Source: an uncultured delta proteobacterium (GTDB lineage: Bacteria > Desulfobacterota > Desulfobaccia > Desulfobaccales > 0-14-0-80-60-11). Taken from it: a stretch of 64,000 nucleotides of DNA. The notes under the pieces are model-generated. The model was given only the letters and a program-made list of their open reading frames with translations. It did no database searches and was not told the origin of the DNA. This document shows, piece by piece, positions 9,941 through 20,267 of the stretch. The DNA lies in the NCBI GenBank assembly GCA_963812015.1, contig CAWETI010000003.1, forward strand, positions 448,001 to 512,000, given 5' to 3'. How positions within the stretch are numbered: position 1 is the stretch's first letter; each line of letters opens with the position of its first letter. The position numbers were made by a program, and so were the translations under genes.

Positions 9941-10247
9941 TTCCTTTCCTCCAGCCTTATTCACGCCCCGGCCGCCAATATGATTATCTCGGGGGGGTGG
10001 GGGGTGATTGATTGTCTTTTTAAAAACCTCCCCTGGACCCCAAAAAGCTTTTCGAGGCCGTATAGGGGACGAAGTCCCCTCTAGTGCACCGAAGACAGGA
10101 AAACATAAATGGCACTGGACCGAAGGGACAGGGCATTGTTTTCCTGTCGAAGGTGCACTCGTTCATGGGTTATAATGGGGGACCCCATCCTGAGGATCGT
10201 TATATACGCAGTTAGCAATATCCAATGTTTTCATTAGGTTACCCTAT

Positions 10248-10326
10248 CAAAGATTATTTTCGGTAGCCTGCCGGAAATAATCTTTGGTCTAACCGAAAAT
10301 AATATTATTTTCGGTGGCCTGCCGAA
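10248..10326. repeat. Palindromic iteron-like array (ATTATTTTCGG x4)
   Basis: IR 10248-10263/10271-10286 (15/16) and perfect 24-bp palindrome ACCGAAAATAATATTATTTTCGGT at 10292-10315. Confidence 0.7.
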
Positions 10327-11268
10327 TATGATGTGAGGTCCTCTTGTCGCCCCCCACCTTGAATTCCCTCAAGATGGCCTTCCAATGGGGGGTATCCTTG
10401 ACGAAGGTCTGTTTCCTCCTCCTGGCGCCCCCCGCCGTCTGCTTGAACTCGATCCATGTCCCGATGGCGTAAATCTTCTGTCCCCGGCCCCCGTGCCCCT
10501 TCTCCCGCCCATGTCCCAGATGACGCCGACCCTGCACAACCCCTGGAGGGTCTTCTGGAGGATCGACCCATTAATGCGTTTTTTCAGGGCCTTGGCGTAG
10601 TCCATCGTGAACAGCACGAGGTGTCGCCGCATCCTCGGCGGCACCAAGCCCTCCCTCCTCAGGTCAAACCAGCGGTCCTCCTGCCGCGCCCGGAGTTGGG
10701 CGATGTCCGGGTATCCCTCAATGGGCTCGGGGTCGGGCTCGGGGTGATCCTCAGTCAGGTCCTTATGCCTGACGGATTTTCTCGGGCACAGGGCCTCCAG
10801 GCGGATGCTTTCCTCGTAGGGCGTCAGTTCGGTCAAAATGAAATTCATGATCTGACTCAGCTTGGTTCGCTGAAGCCTCCTGTCAATTTTTGGGTCGTCC
10901 AACACCCAGCGCGGCGGCCACTTCTCATCTTTCCCCTTCGGCTGGCTTCTCCGGAGCTTTTCCCGCTCAGCCTCGGCCTGGGCAATGATTGACTGTTGTC
11001 TATTCTCTTCCTGCCTGATAAAGGCATTAAGGCGGTGGGTGATGAATTTGCCCCGGTCTTTGGCTTCTTCCGGCTCGGGGTATCTATCCCAGGCCTCCAC
11101 ACAGGCGTCGTGAAATGGCTGGTAAAGAAAGTCTGCATACTGGAACCCCAGGTGGCAAATCGTGCCCTGCCTACAGCCCTCCTTGACGGGGCAGTGCCCA
11201 CACCAGGGGTTCCTGGGATTAAATTGCAGCCTGAAATATTGGCAAGATTCATTTTTTTTCCGTTCCAT
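10289..11268 (-). CDS. Putative replication/DNA-binding protein with N-terminal Cys cluster, likely frameshifted near 10500
   Basis: CxxC...C cluster; C-terminus reads better in the 10289-10537 frame (GQKIYAIGTWIEF); lies next to the iteron-like array. Confidence 0.45.
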
Positions 11269-11367
11269 TTGGCGCCCCTCCTATGGGCAAAAAATCGCGG
11301 ACGACGGGGGCGATAGGAGCGCCCCCGCTTGACCTTGTTGCAACAAGGCGTCCGGGAAACTTTGTAA

Positions 11368-11574
11368 TCATCGTGCGAACAAATCCCGGGGCTCCAAGTT
11401 GAAAACCTTGCCCAGGGCCTCGGCCTCCCCCGGCTTCGGGACAAGGCCACGTTCCAGCATCGAAATCTTTACTTGGCTGATCGGCGTCCCGGCCAGCTTG
11501 GCCAGCTCCGCAACAGTAGTTTGGTTAAGTCCCCTCACAACTCTTTCATGTTTCAGCCGACTTATCTGCATCAT
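11368..11574 (-). CDS. XRE/Cro-type HTH regulator
   Basis: RLKHERVVRGLNQ...ISQVKISMLERG..P..EAEALGKVF. Confidence 0.85.
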   Translation of the reverse strand: MMQISRLKHERVVRGLNQTTVAELAKLAGTPISQVKISMLERGLVPKPGEAEALGKVFNLEPRDLFAR

Positions 11575-11831
11575 TGTTGCCCTCCATAATCCCGCCGATA
11601 AACAAACTGCCCCGTCGAAGTAGCATTTCTGCTAAACCGGGCGGGGCAGTTTGCCAAGCCGTTCTGATTCAATTTTACGTTACTCCCTTTATAATATATT
11701 TTTAAGCCAAAATAAAGAAAAAAATATATAAAAATGCATCATTATTTAATAACCCCGGGTCTTGTTCATTCTTGTTTTTGCTTCTCGATGGTTCGGCCCT
11801 CTTAATTACATTGCAGGGGGAAGGCCACCTC

Positions 11832-12296
11832 TTAACTAAGATATTCCCGATCTACCGGGCATTCGCCTTCCTCACCCTTGACCCAGATCGTCCAGGAAAA
11901 TTGGTCCCGTGTGCTGTAATCGGTTATTTTGATTGGCATCCTGCCGTCCGGGTCTTTCACTCCGACCACTGGATCCAAGCTGTCGCCCACCCAGTTGTAA
12001 TCCATCAGGGCGACCATCCTGATCGGAAAAAGTTCGATCGCCGCATACCAGTGCCACTCGCTGACCATGAAAACGTCCCCGTGCTCGGAGCCGATAACCA
12101 ATTCGCTCATGGCCTCTAAGGCGTCCCCGAATGCCCGGCAGACGACGAATGGGTCGTCCTCCAGGTCTTGCCTGGTGATGCCCAGTTGGGCGTTTATCCG
12201 AGCAAAAAATTTCCTCATGTCCAGCTCGCGGAGTTCCTCGGGAGTTGGCAGCCGGTCCTTCTTCTCATCAACGATGTACATCTTGCCGTCGCTCAT
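11832..12296 (-). CDS. Hypothetical protein
   Basis: GAGGA RBS before ATG 12296; acidic ORF. Confidence 0.55.
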   Translation of the reverse strand: MSDGKMYIVDEKKDRLPTPEELRELDMRKFFARINAQLGITRQDLEDDPFVVCRAFGDALEAMSELVIGSEHGDVFMVSEWHWYAAIELFPIRMVALMDYNWVGDSLDPVVGVKDPDGRMPIKITDYSTRDQFSWTIWVKGEEGECPVDREYLS

Positions 12297-12426
12297 AAAT
12301 TCCTCAGGTTTTTTCAGCAACAAAAAAATCAAGCCGTGGAGATCTTCGGGGTTTGGTCATCGTTCAAAATTTGTTTCTGGCGGCAGTTTTGGAGAGAGCG
12401 GACTTCGCCTTTGAGCCGGAAGGGGA

Positions 12427-12585
12427 TTATCCTTGAAGGGTAAAGTTCATATAAATTGCCTTGACCAGGACGAGGCCTTCGGTGATGCCGCTGTCGGCGA
12501 GGCACTGTTGCACCTGGGGGGTGATATTGATGAAGGCCCGGCGGCCGGGGACTTGAAACCAGAGTTCTTGACGGTAGCTTTGCAT
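12427..12585 (-). pseudogene. yjbQ: YjbQ/UPF0047 family protein, N-terminal fragment only
   Basis: [41 protein letters not shown], then similarity is lost before the conserved H-x-T-A motif. Confidence 0.8.
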
Positions 12586-12735
12586 GGCCCTTTCCGTGGT
12601 GGTTTTTTCCCTTGAAAGTGCCACAGGGCCACGCAGGTGTCAAGGGCGGGGGGGAGTCAGGGTGATGCGACCCCGGCCTGGGATACTCGGAGCAGCACTG
12701 GATTAGCTTCACCCCCTACCCAGCCCTCCCTTTAA

Positions 12736-12789
12736 GGGGGCAGGGGGCAGGGGGCAGGGGGCAGGGGGCAGGGGGCAGGGGGCAGGGGG
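12736..12789 (+). repeat. (GGGGGCA)x7 + GGGGG tandem repeat
   Basis: Counted directly. Confidence 0.9.
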
Positions 12790-12838
12790 ATGAAGCCTCT
12801 TTAAGGCCCCGATGAATAATGAGCTATCCTAGGCGATA

Positions 12839-13114
12839 TTATTTTTTTGGGGCTCCGGCGGGGCTGGGTTCAGGGGTGACCCCTTCTTCCTGCATTTTTT
12901 TCAGGTACTTTTCGGGATTTTTGTTGAACTCCGCATCGCAACCCTTGCAGCAAAAATAAATGCGTTTGCCCTGGTAGTCGGCATAGACGTTCTTGTCAAT
13001 GGTGCCGCCCAATACCGGGCAGACCGTCTGGGGTTTGGGGTCGGCGGCCCAGAGGCCCCCGGCGGCAAAGGCCGTGAGGGTCAGGGCCAGGAACAATGCC
13101 TTAAATTTCTTCAC
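12839..13114 (-). CDS. Secreted YHS-domain metal-binding protein
   Basis: Signal peptide; CPVLG...YQGKRIYFCCKGC. Confidence 0.85.
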   Translation of the reverse strand: MKKFKALFLALTLTAFAAGGLWAADPKPQTVCPVLGGTIDKNVYADYQGKRIYFCCKGCDAEFNKNPEKYLKKMQEEGVTPEPSPAGAPKK

Positions 13115-13387
13115 AAGAATCTCCTTATGGGGTGTTCAAGGGTTCACATCATGTGGATAAAATTGTGTACATGCAAGGCCGGATTGTCAAGGTTGGGCGG
13201 GGGAGGCCAGGAGAAAAATAGTTTGTCACTGAATGGAGGCGTGAGGAAGCATTATGGGTTTAGGTGGGCTTAATTAACTTTTCCCCGAAAGTTAATCAAT
13301 TACCTACCCACTTGCGGATATATAGCAGCTAGCAAAACTTGATTGCCACTGAATTCCAGGGAGGCCTTTTAGTCTGGAATAGGAGAC

Positions 13388-13802
13388 CTATCCCTCCTCC
13401 GGCCCAGTCAGAATCTTAACTTCAGGAATGGATTTAAGGTACAGGTCGCGTTGGGGAAACGGCAATTCTATGCCATGATCCCGGAACCGCTGCCAGATGC
13501 CCCAGAGGAGATCGCTCTTTAGGGAATCAACGCCATTTTGGGGATCGTTGAGCCACACTCGCAGTTCGGGGTCGACGCTATTATCTCCGAACCCCTCCAA
13601 AAAGTAAGCGGGCCTGGGGTCCGTCAGGACCCGTGGGGAACTCGCCGCGGCTTCCAATATCAAGTCGCGGGCTTTTTCCAAATCGGAGGCATAGGAGACG
13701 CCAACCGGCAGACCAATACAGACGAGATTGTTGGAATAGGACCAATTAATCACTTCGCTGGTTACCAGATTTTCATTGGGAATGAGGTGCTCCGTGCCAT
13801 TA
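13388..13802 (-). pseudogene. MscS/MscK mechanosensitive channel, C-terminal fragment
   Basis: LIPNENL...VINWS, VGVSYASDLE, FGDNSV, GIELPFPQRDL; transmembrane part missing. Confidence 0.8.
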
Positions 13803-13907
13803 ATTTGCGCCGGAGGGGACGGATAGAATCAGCTAATCTAAGCCCGAAAGGCGACATGAAATCGCGCCCTGGCGATTATGATTGTGCGCCGCTACATGGA
13901 GCAATTT

Positions 13908-15017
13908 CTAAAACGAATATGCCAAGCCGGCAGTGGCTCCGTGAAAAAACACGCCGGAGCTGCTAACGCCAAGTGCGTGCACGATATCCGGCTGAGTCGT
14001 ATAAGTTTCCTGGATCTGTCCAGGTGCCAAAGCAACGCCTTCGAGCCAGAGAGCTTCGTAACCGACCTTAAGCCCAAGCCCCTTGCTAACCTGATATTTG
14101 CACTGCAAGCCGATTTCGCCAACGAAGGCGGCGTGGTTAGTCGTGGTGGACGACGGTCTCAAGACCTTATAGATGCTGACTCCGGTTGACTCTTCGGCGT
14201 TGTTGACATAAGCCCCGGCCTTTATCAGTCCGTTAATCGAAAAGCGACCACGCTCCCATATTTTTCCATCGGCACCGATCTGGAGACCATAAAGATTGTT
14301 AGTCGTACTTGTATTCCAGAAAGGCTTAAACCCTTCTAAGGGTACTAATGAACCCTGAAGATTTTCAGACAGTTGGACCCAACGGAATCCGGCCAGCAAG
14401 GTTAGGCGGCTATAAGGATTCCACCGCACGTTGAGCTCTGCATTATAAAGTTTTGTATCGTAGTCCCATGCCATTGCCTGGTATGAATGATCTTGAGTTT
14501 GGAGAAAGCCGCCAGGAGCTCTCATCACCAGCCAGTCCGGCGGATTGTCGGGCACAACGCTTCTGGAGCTGCTCCAGCCGGCGGTCTGAAAATACAACAT
14601 TTCCAAATCGTAGCCGGAATCACCGTGGCGAATCACGTCTATTCGCCCTCCAGCGGAAAAGCCTTGTCGAAAATTGTTGCTGTTGAGAGCTTCCGTGCCG
14701 GGGGTGATGGACAGGTTGGGGAGCGGCACGGTGCCCGGCACTCGTTCAACGAGGGTTCGATTTACGCTGCCGATTCGGTCCAAGATGATGGCGTCGGCTG
14801 AGACAGTCCATCGCGGAGGGGCACCCTGCGACTGGTCAACCGGCACCTGGGAAAACGACGGGGGCGAATCTTTACTATCCGCCGATTTGCCTGTTGAATT
14901 CTCTTGGTCTCCCGCTGAGGCAGTTATCGATAGGAATAGCATAGCGACCATAGCACAGAGGAAATAGATGGCGATCAACAGATGTCTATTACGAAATGAG
15001 CTAAAAAGAGTGCTCAT
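13908..15017 (-). CDS. Outer-membrane beta-barrel protein (BBP7-like)
   Basis: Signal peptide; LLAGFRW, NNLYGLQIG, VGYEALWLEGVALAP motifs; terminal Phe. Confidence 0.7.
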   Translation of the reverse strand: MSTLFSSFRNRHLLIAIYFLCAMVAMLFLSITASAGDQENSTGKSADSKDSPPSFSQVPVDQSQGAPPRWTVSADAIILDRIGSVNRTLVERVPGTVPLPNLSITPGTEALNSNNFRQGFSAGGRIDVIRHGDSGYDLEMLYFQTAGWSSSRSVVPDNPPDWLVMRAPGGFLQTQDHSYQAMAWDYDTKLYNAELNVRWNPYSRLTLLAGFRWVQLSENLQGSLVPLEGFKPFWNTSTTNNLYGLQIGADGKIWERGRFSINGLIKAGAYVNNAEESTGVSIYKVLRPSSTTTNHAAFVGEIGLQCKYQVSKGLGLKVGYEALWLEGVALAPGQIQETYTTQPDIVHALGVSSSGVFFHGATAGLAYSF

Positions 15018-15359
15018 GGTTTTACCCTTCAGCTAATTGATTGAATTATAGTAGTCTTTCCGATCTGTTTACTAACTGGACAATTGACAACAAATTGTCC
15101 AGTTCTACAAAGGCAATCTAAGTTGTGCTGCGCTATGTAGGCCGAAAACTTCCTGTGCCACTCGTGGAGCAGCCCCGCCTCCTTAAAGATTTTGCAATCA
15201 TCCCACACTTCGGCATACATTTCTAAAATTCACATTGCCACAAGGAAAGGGGATTGTCAAGAAAGGGGACCTTTGGCCAAAAGTCCGGTGCTCATTAACT
15301 TTTATAAAAAAAATTAATCGAAATTAAATAATTATTCTTAGGATTTATCCATCGCGAGC

Positions 15360-17108
15360 CTAATATTTAGATGGTTCATCAGAATCCTTAAGGTCCAAAG
15401 CGCCGGATTTTTTGAGGGCGGCGAGGCCGCCCTGGAGGTTGACGGCGTTGGTGAGGCCGGCGGTTTCCAGTTGGCGGAGGGCTTCGTAGGAGCGGACCCC
15501 GGAGTTGCAAACCACCAGGAGGCGTTTGTCCGGGGGAATTTCCTGGAAGCGGTGTTTGAGGGTTTCCTGGGGAATGTTGAGCCAGCGGTGGCCGAAGAGG
15601 TCGATATAGGGGGCGGCGTTGGCGGCGCCCCGGACGTCCAGGCAGATGGTGTCGCCGGCCTGGTCGGTCAAGGAGCATTGTTCGAATTCGGCGACCTCGA
15701 TGGTGCGGTTGTAGCCGTCCAGGATGTTTTCCAGGGTGTTGGCCACGGCGTTGACGATATCCAGGGCGGCGGCAAAGGGCGGGGCGTAGGCCACTTCCAG
15801 GTTGGACAGATCGCTGAGGTCGGCCTTGAAGGGCAGGAGGGCGGCGATGCTGTTGATGCGGCCCACCAGGGCGTCGCCGTTGTGGCTGAGGCCCTGGGCC
15901 CCCAGGAGGCGGCGGGTCTTTTTATCCACCACCAAATGCAGGTACATGAGGTCCTGGGTGGGATAGAAGTGGGCCCGGTCGGCCTGGATCACCAGGGCCG
16001 CCACCGCGTCAAAGCCCTCCCGCAGGGCGGCGGCGAGGTTGAGGCCAGCGCCGGCGATGGCCATCTCGAAGGTTTTCAGGGTGAAGGAGCCGACGATGCC
16101 GTTGAAGGTGGCGGAGCCCCCGGCCAAATTGGTGCCGATGACCCGGCCCTGACGGTTGGCCAGGGAGCCGGAGGGGAAATAGGCGGATTTGCCGGTGATG
16201 AGGTGGTGGTTGTCGATGCAGTCGCCGCCGGCGTATATGTGGGGATCGGAGGTCTGGAGGCGGCGGTTGACTATGATGCCGCCGTCGGGGGAGACCAGGA
16301 GGCCGGCCTGGCGGGCCAACTCGGTATTAGGGATGGCCCCCACCGCGGTAATGACCAGGTCGGCAGGTAGGATTTCTTGTCCGGTGACTACTTCAAGGGC
16401 ATGATCGTCCCCGGCGTGGGGCCGGATTTCCCGGACGGTTGCCGCCAGGTGCAGAGCGATGTCCTTATCCCGGAGATGCCTGGCCACCATGCGGGCCAGG
16501 CCGGGCTCCAGGAAGTCGGGGAGGACCTGGGGGGTGACCTCCACCAGGGTGGTGGTAAGGCCCCAGAGGTCGCTGACGGCCTCGGCCATCTCAACGCCGA
16601 TGGCTCCGGCGCCGATGATGACGACGCGGCCCACTTCGCCTTTGGCGATGCGGTCCCGGACGGCCATGGCGGCGGAGAGATTGGCGACGCTCATGACCCC
16701 GGGGAGATCGGCGCCGGGTACGGGCAGGGGGCGGGGGCGGCTGCCGGTGGCCAGAACCAGTTCGTCATAGGGGAGGTCTTCCTCCCGGCCGGATTCCAGG
16801 TCCCGGAGGCGCACCAGTTTTTGATCCCGATCAATGGCCAGGGCCCGGGTGCGGGTCCTGACCCGGACGTCTTTGGCGCCGTCAAAAAATTCCGGGGTTC
16901 GGAGCATGTGGAAGCTGGTGCTCATCAACTCTTTGATATCGCTGAGATCCCCGGAGATATAGTAGGGAATGCCGCAGCCGCCGTAGGAGATGTATTCGCC
17001 CTGGTCCACCATGGTGACTTCAAAGTCGGGGCGGAGGCGTTTCAGGCGGCAGGCCACCTTGGGGCCCAGGGCCACGGCCCCGATGATGACGACGCGTTTA
17101 GATTGCAT
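15360..17108 (-). CDS. CoA-disulfide/persulfide reductase (CoADR/Npsr-like) with C-terminal rhodanese
   Basis: SYGGCGIPY redox Cys, GAGAIGVE, YAGGD, YAPPF, rhodanese VCNSGVRS. Confidence 0.9.
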   Translation of the reverse strand: MQSKRVVIIGAVALGPKVACRLKRLRPDFEVTMVDQGEYISYGGCGIPYYISGDLSDIKELMSTSFHMLRTPEFFDGAKDVRVRTRTRALAIDRDQKLVRLRDLESGREEDLPYDELVLATGSRPRPLPVPGADLPGVMSVANLSAAMAVRDRIAKGEVGRVVIIGAGAIGVEMAEAVSDLWGLTTTLVEVTPQVLPDFLEPGLARMVARHLRDKDIALHLAATVREIRPHAGDDHALEVVTGQEILPADLVITAVGAIPNTELARQAGLLVSPDGGIIVNRRLQTSDPHIYAGGDCIDNHHLITGKSAYFPSGSLANRQGRVIGTNLAGGSATFNGIVGSFTLKTFEMAIAGAGLNLAAALREGFDAVAALVIQADRAHFYPTQDLMYLHLVVDKKTRRLLGAQGLSHNGDALVGRINSIAALLPFKADLSDLSNLEVAYAPPFAAALDIVNAVANTLENILDGYNRTIEVAEFEQCSLTDQAGDTICLDVRGAANAAPYIDLFGHRWLNIPQETLKHRFQEIPPDKRLLVVCNSGVRSYEALRQLETAGLTNAVNLQGGLAALKKSGALDLKDSDEPSKY

Positions 17109-17244
17109 GCGGTTTCCTCTGAATGGCTAAGCTTGGGCCGCTAGTGGTGTGCAGTGCGCACCCTAGGGAAACTACGAAAACTTGGGCCATTATGAAAATT
17201 TTGTCACGCCAAGGCGCAAAGACGCCAAGGCGCCAAGAATCAGA

Positions 17245-18270
17245 TTATTTTTCCGGCGCATCGGATTGGTCCGGAGTTTTATGGGAGCCGTTGCAAGTCA
17301 GGGTGTCGGCGCGCCAGAGGCGCTGCATACTGAGGCCGGCGCGGCGGTGGTCGCAGGACTCGAGGCCGCAGATGGGGCACTCCGGTTCCATGCAGGGGTC
17401 GGCATGAATGAGGATGTCGGCCTGACCCGCAAAATAATCGTTAAGGATCTTTTCCAGTTTTTTGACTTCATCATGGCTCGCATCCAGGGAGAGGTCCCGG
17501 GGCAGGATGAGATGGAAGTCGATGAAGACATGGGCGCCGGCCCGGCGGGCCCGGAGTTGATGGATGTCGATCCACATGGGTCGGCGGTTATCGGCGATGA
17601 CCCGGCAGATTTCTTCCAGAAGCTCGGGGTCGGATGTGTCCATGAGACCGGCCGCAGACTGGTGGACCAGCCGGGCCCCGGTGACGAGGATATTGAAGGC
17701 CACCAGAAAAGCCACGGCGCCGTCCAGCCAGTTCCAGCCGGTGAAGTAAACGCCCACCAGACCCAGGACCACCCCGGCCGTGGTGTAGACATCGGTGAGG
17801 ACGTGTTTGCCGTCGGCGATGAGGACGATGGATTTGGTGCGGCGGCCCACCATCACCAGAAACAAGCCCAGGATGAGATTCACCAGGGCGGCGCCCAGGA
17901 TGAGGAGGGTGCCCTTTTCCAGCCTGGCGATGGCCTGGGGGTGGAGGAGACGGGGCCAGGCCTCGTAGAAAATCGCCAGGGCGGCCAGGATAATGAGGGC
18001 GCCTTCAAAGCCGGCGGAGAAATATTCGACCTTGCCGTGGCCGTAAGGATGAGAGGGGTCGGGGCTCTTGGCGGCGATGATGATGCTGCCCAGGGCGAAG
18101 CCGGCGGCCACCACGTTGATGATGGATTCCAGGGCATCGGAGAGGATGGCGGCGGAATCGGTGAGATAGAAGGCGATGAACTTCACGGCCATCAAGCCCG
18201 CGCCGATGAGCAGGGAGGCGGAGATGGCCAGGATATGGTTGCGAAAGGTGGTATTTTTCTGGGAGTTCAT
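17245..18270 (-). CDS. Cation diffusion facilitator (FieF-like)
   Basis: SAAILSDALES, HPYGHGKVEY, ADGKHVLTD; Cys-rich tail. Confidence 0.92.
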   Translation of the reverse strand: MNSQKNTTFRNHILAISASLLIGAGLMAVKFIAFYLTDSAAILSDALESIINVVAAGFALGSIIIAAKSPDPSHPYGHGKVEYFSAGFEGALIILAALAIFYEAWPRLLHPQAIARLEKGTLLILGAALVNLILGLFLVMVGRRTKSIVLIADGKHVLTDVYTTAGVVLGLVGVYFTGWNWLDGAVAFLVAFNILVTGARLVHQSAAGLMDTSDPELLEEICRVIADNRRPMWIDIHQLRARRAGAHVFIDFHLILPRDLSLDASHDEVKKLEKILNDYFAGQADILIHADPCMEPECPICGLESCDHRRAGLSMQRLWRADTLTCNGSHKTPDQSDAPEK

Positions 18271-18465
18271 GGAGCGTCAAGTTAGGGTTATAGAGATGCC
18301 TTTTCCAATGAATATACTTTTCCAGCGGAGCAATCAAGGCCAATATTCCCGTCCTGCACCTGGAAAAATGGGGTAGGTTGACTCGCGTTCCTCTGGTATA
18401 TACAGTAAAGAACATATCATTTACTCATTAAATAACGAGATCGGAAGATTGGAGGGAGCAATGAT

Positions 18466-18660
18466 ATGAAGATATCCATCGAGTTATCCCAGGAGCAGGC
18501 CAGAATTTTTCAAAGCACGGCCGAACGGCTCGGTTTAAGCCCGGAAGAATTGGCGCGGGCCGGTCTTGCGGATATGTTGGGAATTTTTCAGGAGGATTTT
18601 CAAAAAGCCGCGGAATACGTGCTGCAGAAAAACCAGGAACTGTATCGGCGGCTTAGTTGA
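18466..18660 (+). CDS. Antitoxin (RHH-like)
   Basis: 64 aa; overlaps the downstream Doc gene; ends KNQELYRRLS. Confidence 0.8.
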   Translation: MKISIELSQEQARIFQSTAERLGLSPEELARAGLADMLGIFQEDFQKAAEYVLQKNQELYRRLS

Positions 18661-19049
18661 TACGGTATTTGACGTTGGGAGAGGTTCTTGAACTGCACCG
18701 CCGAATTATTATACAGACAGGCGGTACCTCTGGAGTGCGTAACCTTGCCGGGTTAGAGTCGGCTCTGGCCCAGCCCCGCGTAACATTTGCAGGACGAGAT
18801 TTGTATCCTTCTCTGGCAGCAAAGGCCGCGGCTCTGTGCTTCTTCGTGGTCCAAAACCATCCATTTATTGATGGCAACAAGCGCTGCGGTCATGCCGCAA
18901 TGGAGACTTTCCTGGCGTTGAATGGCAAAGAGATCGAGTCTTCGGTAGATGAGGTCGAACAGGTTATTTTACAAGTGGCCTCTGGGAAATTATCTTTAGA
19001 GAAGTTAGCCTCCTGGGTATTAGAGCATATGAGCGATGTAAAGTTTTGA
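18657..19049 (+). CDS. doc: Doc/Fic-family toxin
   Basis: GVRNLAGLESALAQP; NHPFIDGNKR. Confidence 0.9.
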   Translation: MIRYLTLGEVLELHRRIIIQTGGTSGVRNLAGLESALAQPRVTFAGRDLYPSLAAKAAALCFFVVQNHPFIDGNKRCGHAAMETFLALNGKEIESSVDEVEQVILQVASGKLSLEKLASWVLEHMSDVKF

Positions 19050-19080
19050 GAAGCACGCGGTGAGCGTCATGACTGAGTAA

Positions 19081-19404
19081 CTACTGGTGAAAATGGATAA
19101 AGATATTCTCCCTTTCAAAAACCCCCTTCAAAAGTATCTCATCACGACCTGGTGAAAAGAAGGTTTGCAGGTCGAACTCCTCTTCCGGAAACCAATCGGT
19201 CTCGAGAGTTAATCCGGACTCCCTTTGGCGGATGATCACGTGGCCTTCGTCCGCCTCCTCCAGGGGCCAGGCGAGATAGAGGCTAAAGCTCAAGGAATCC
19301 GGGGTGCGGCTCATGGTGGATTTCTTGGCTTCCCAGATTTCATACTTGGGATCGCCAAAGCCGGAGAGCCAATACAGGGTAATATAGTCGAGGCCGTCAA
19401 ACAT
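19081..19404 (-). CDS. Hypothetical protein
   Basis: 107-aa ORF downstream of frdB. Confidence 0.55.
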   Translation of the reverse strand: MFDGLDYITLYWLSGFGDPKYEIWEAKKSTMSRTPDSLSFSLYLAWPLEEADEGHVIIRQRESGLTLETDWFPEEEFDLQTFFSPGRDEILLKGVFERENIFIHFHQ

Positions 19405-19444
19405 GGGAGTCTAAAGCCCTAAGATGCCGGGGCGCTGATGGCGC

Positions 19445-20185
19445 TTACTTGCACCTGGCGCACTTGAGGGCCATTTGGGCCATTTTGCGGCGGACGAAGG
19501 CCAGCTGGCCCTGGAGGGGAATCTCCATGGGGCAGAGGTCGTCGCAGGCCATGAGGCCGATGCAACCGAAGACGCCCTCATCGGTGCCCACCACGTCGAA
19601 GTACTGGGCCGTGGGGCGCTCATCCCGGGGGTCGATCATGAAGCGGGCGATGCGGTTCAAGAAGGCGGCGCCCATGAAGTCGGCCCGCATGTTGGCGGTG
19701 GCGCAAGCGCCGATGCAGCAGCCGCATTCGATGCAGCGCTCATTTTCGTAAATCGCCAGGGCGGTGGGGTTGTCCATGCGCTCCTCGATGGACTTGGGGT
19801 CGAAGACCTTGTCGGTGTGAATCCAGGCCTCGGTGCGCACGTTGAGGTAGCGGAACCAGACGCCGGTGTCCACGGAGAGGTCACCCACCAGTTTGAAGAT
19901 CGGCAGGGGCATGAGGGTGATCTTGTCCGGCATAGCCTGGGTCAGGGTCTTGCAGGCCAACCCCGGCCGGCCGTTGATGAGCATGGCGCAGGAGCCGCAG
20001 ATGGCCGCCCGGCAGACAAAGTCGAACATCAGGGAGGGGTCCTGCTCCTCCCGGAGGCGGTTCAGGGCGATGAAGAGACTCATGCCCATGGTTTCCTCCA
20101 GCTGATATTCCTGCATCCGGGGAGGAATTTCGGGGGTGGTGGGATTGTACCGAAAAATAGAGAAGGTAAGGAGTCGTTCGGCCAT
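19445..20185 (-). CDS. frdB: Fumarate reductase/succinate dehydrogenase Fe-S subunit
   Basis: CRAAICGSC, CIECGCCIGAC, CIGLMACDDLCP. Confidence 0.95.
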   Translation of the reverse strand: MAERLLTFSIFRYNPTTPEIPPRMQEYQLEETMGMSLFIALNRLREEQDPSLMFDFVCRAAICGSCAMLINGRPGLACKTLTQAMPDKITLMPLPIFKLVGDLSVDTGVWFRYLNVRTEAWIHTDKVFDPKSIEERMDNPTALAIYENERCIECGCCIGACATANMRADFMGAAFLNRIARFMIDPRDERPTAQYFDVVGTDEGVFGCIGLMACDDLCPMEIPLQGQLAFVRRKMAQMALKCARCK

Positions 20186-20267
20186 GATAAAAATCCTTTG
20201 GTGTTATGGAGATTGGGGGAGGGGGCTAAGGGCTTTTCGTAAGTGCCCTTACCCCCTCCCCCAAAAA

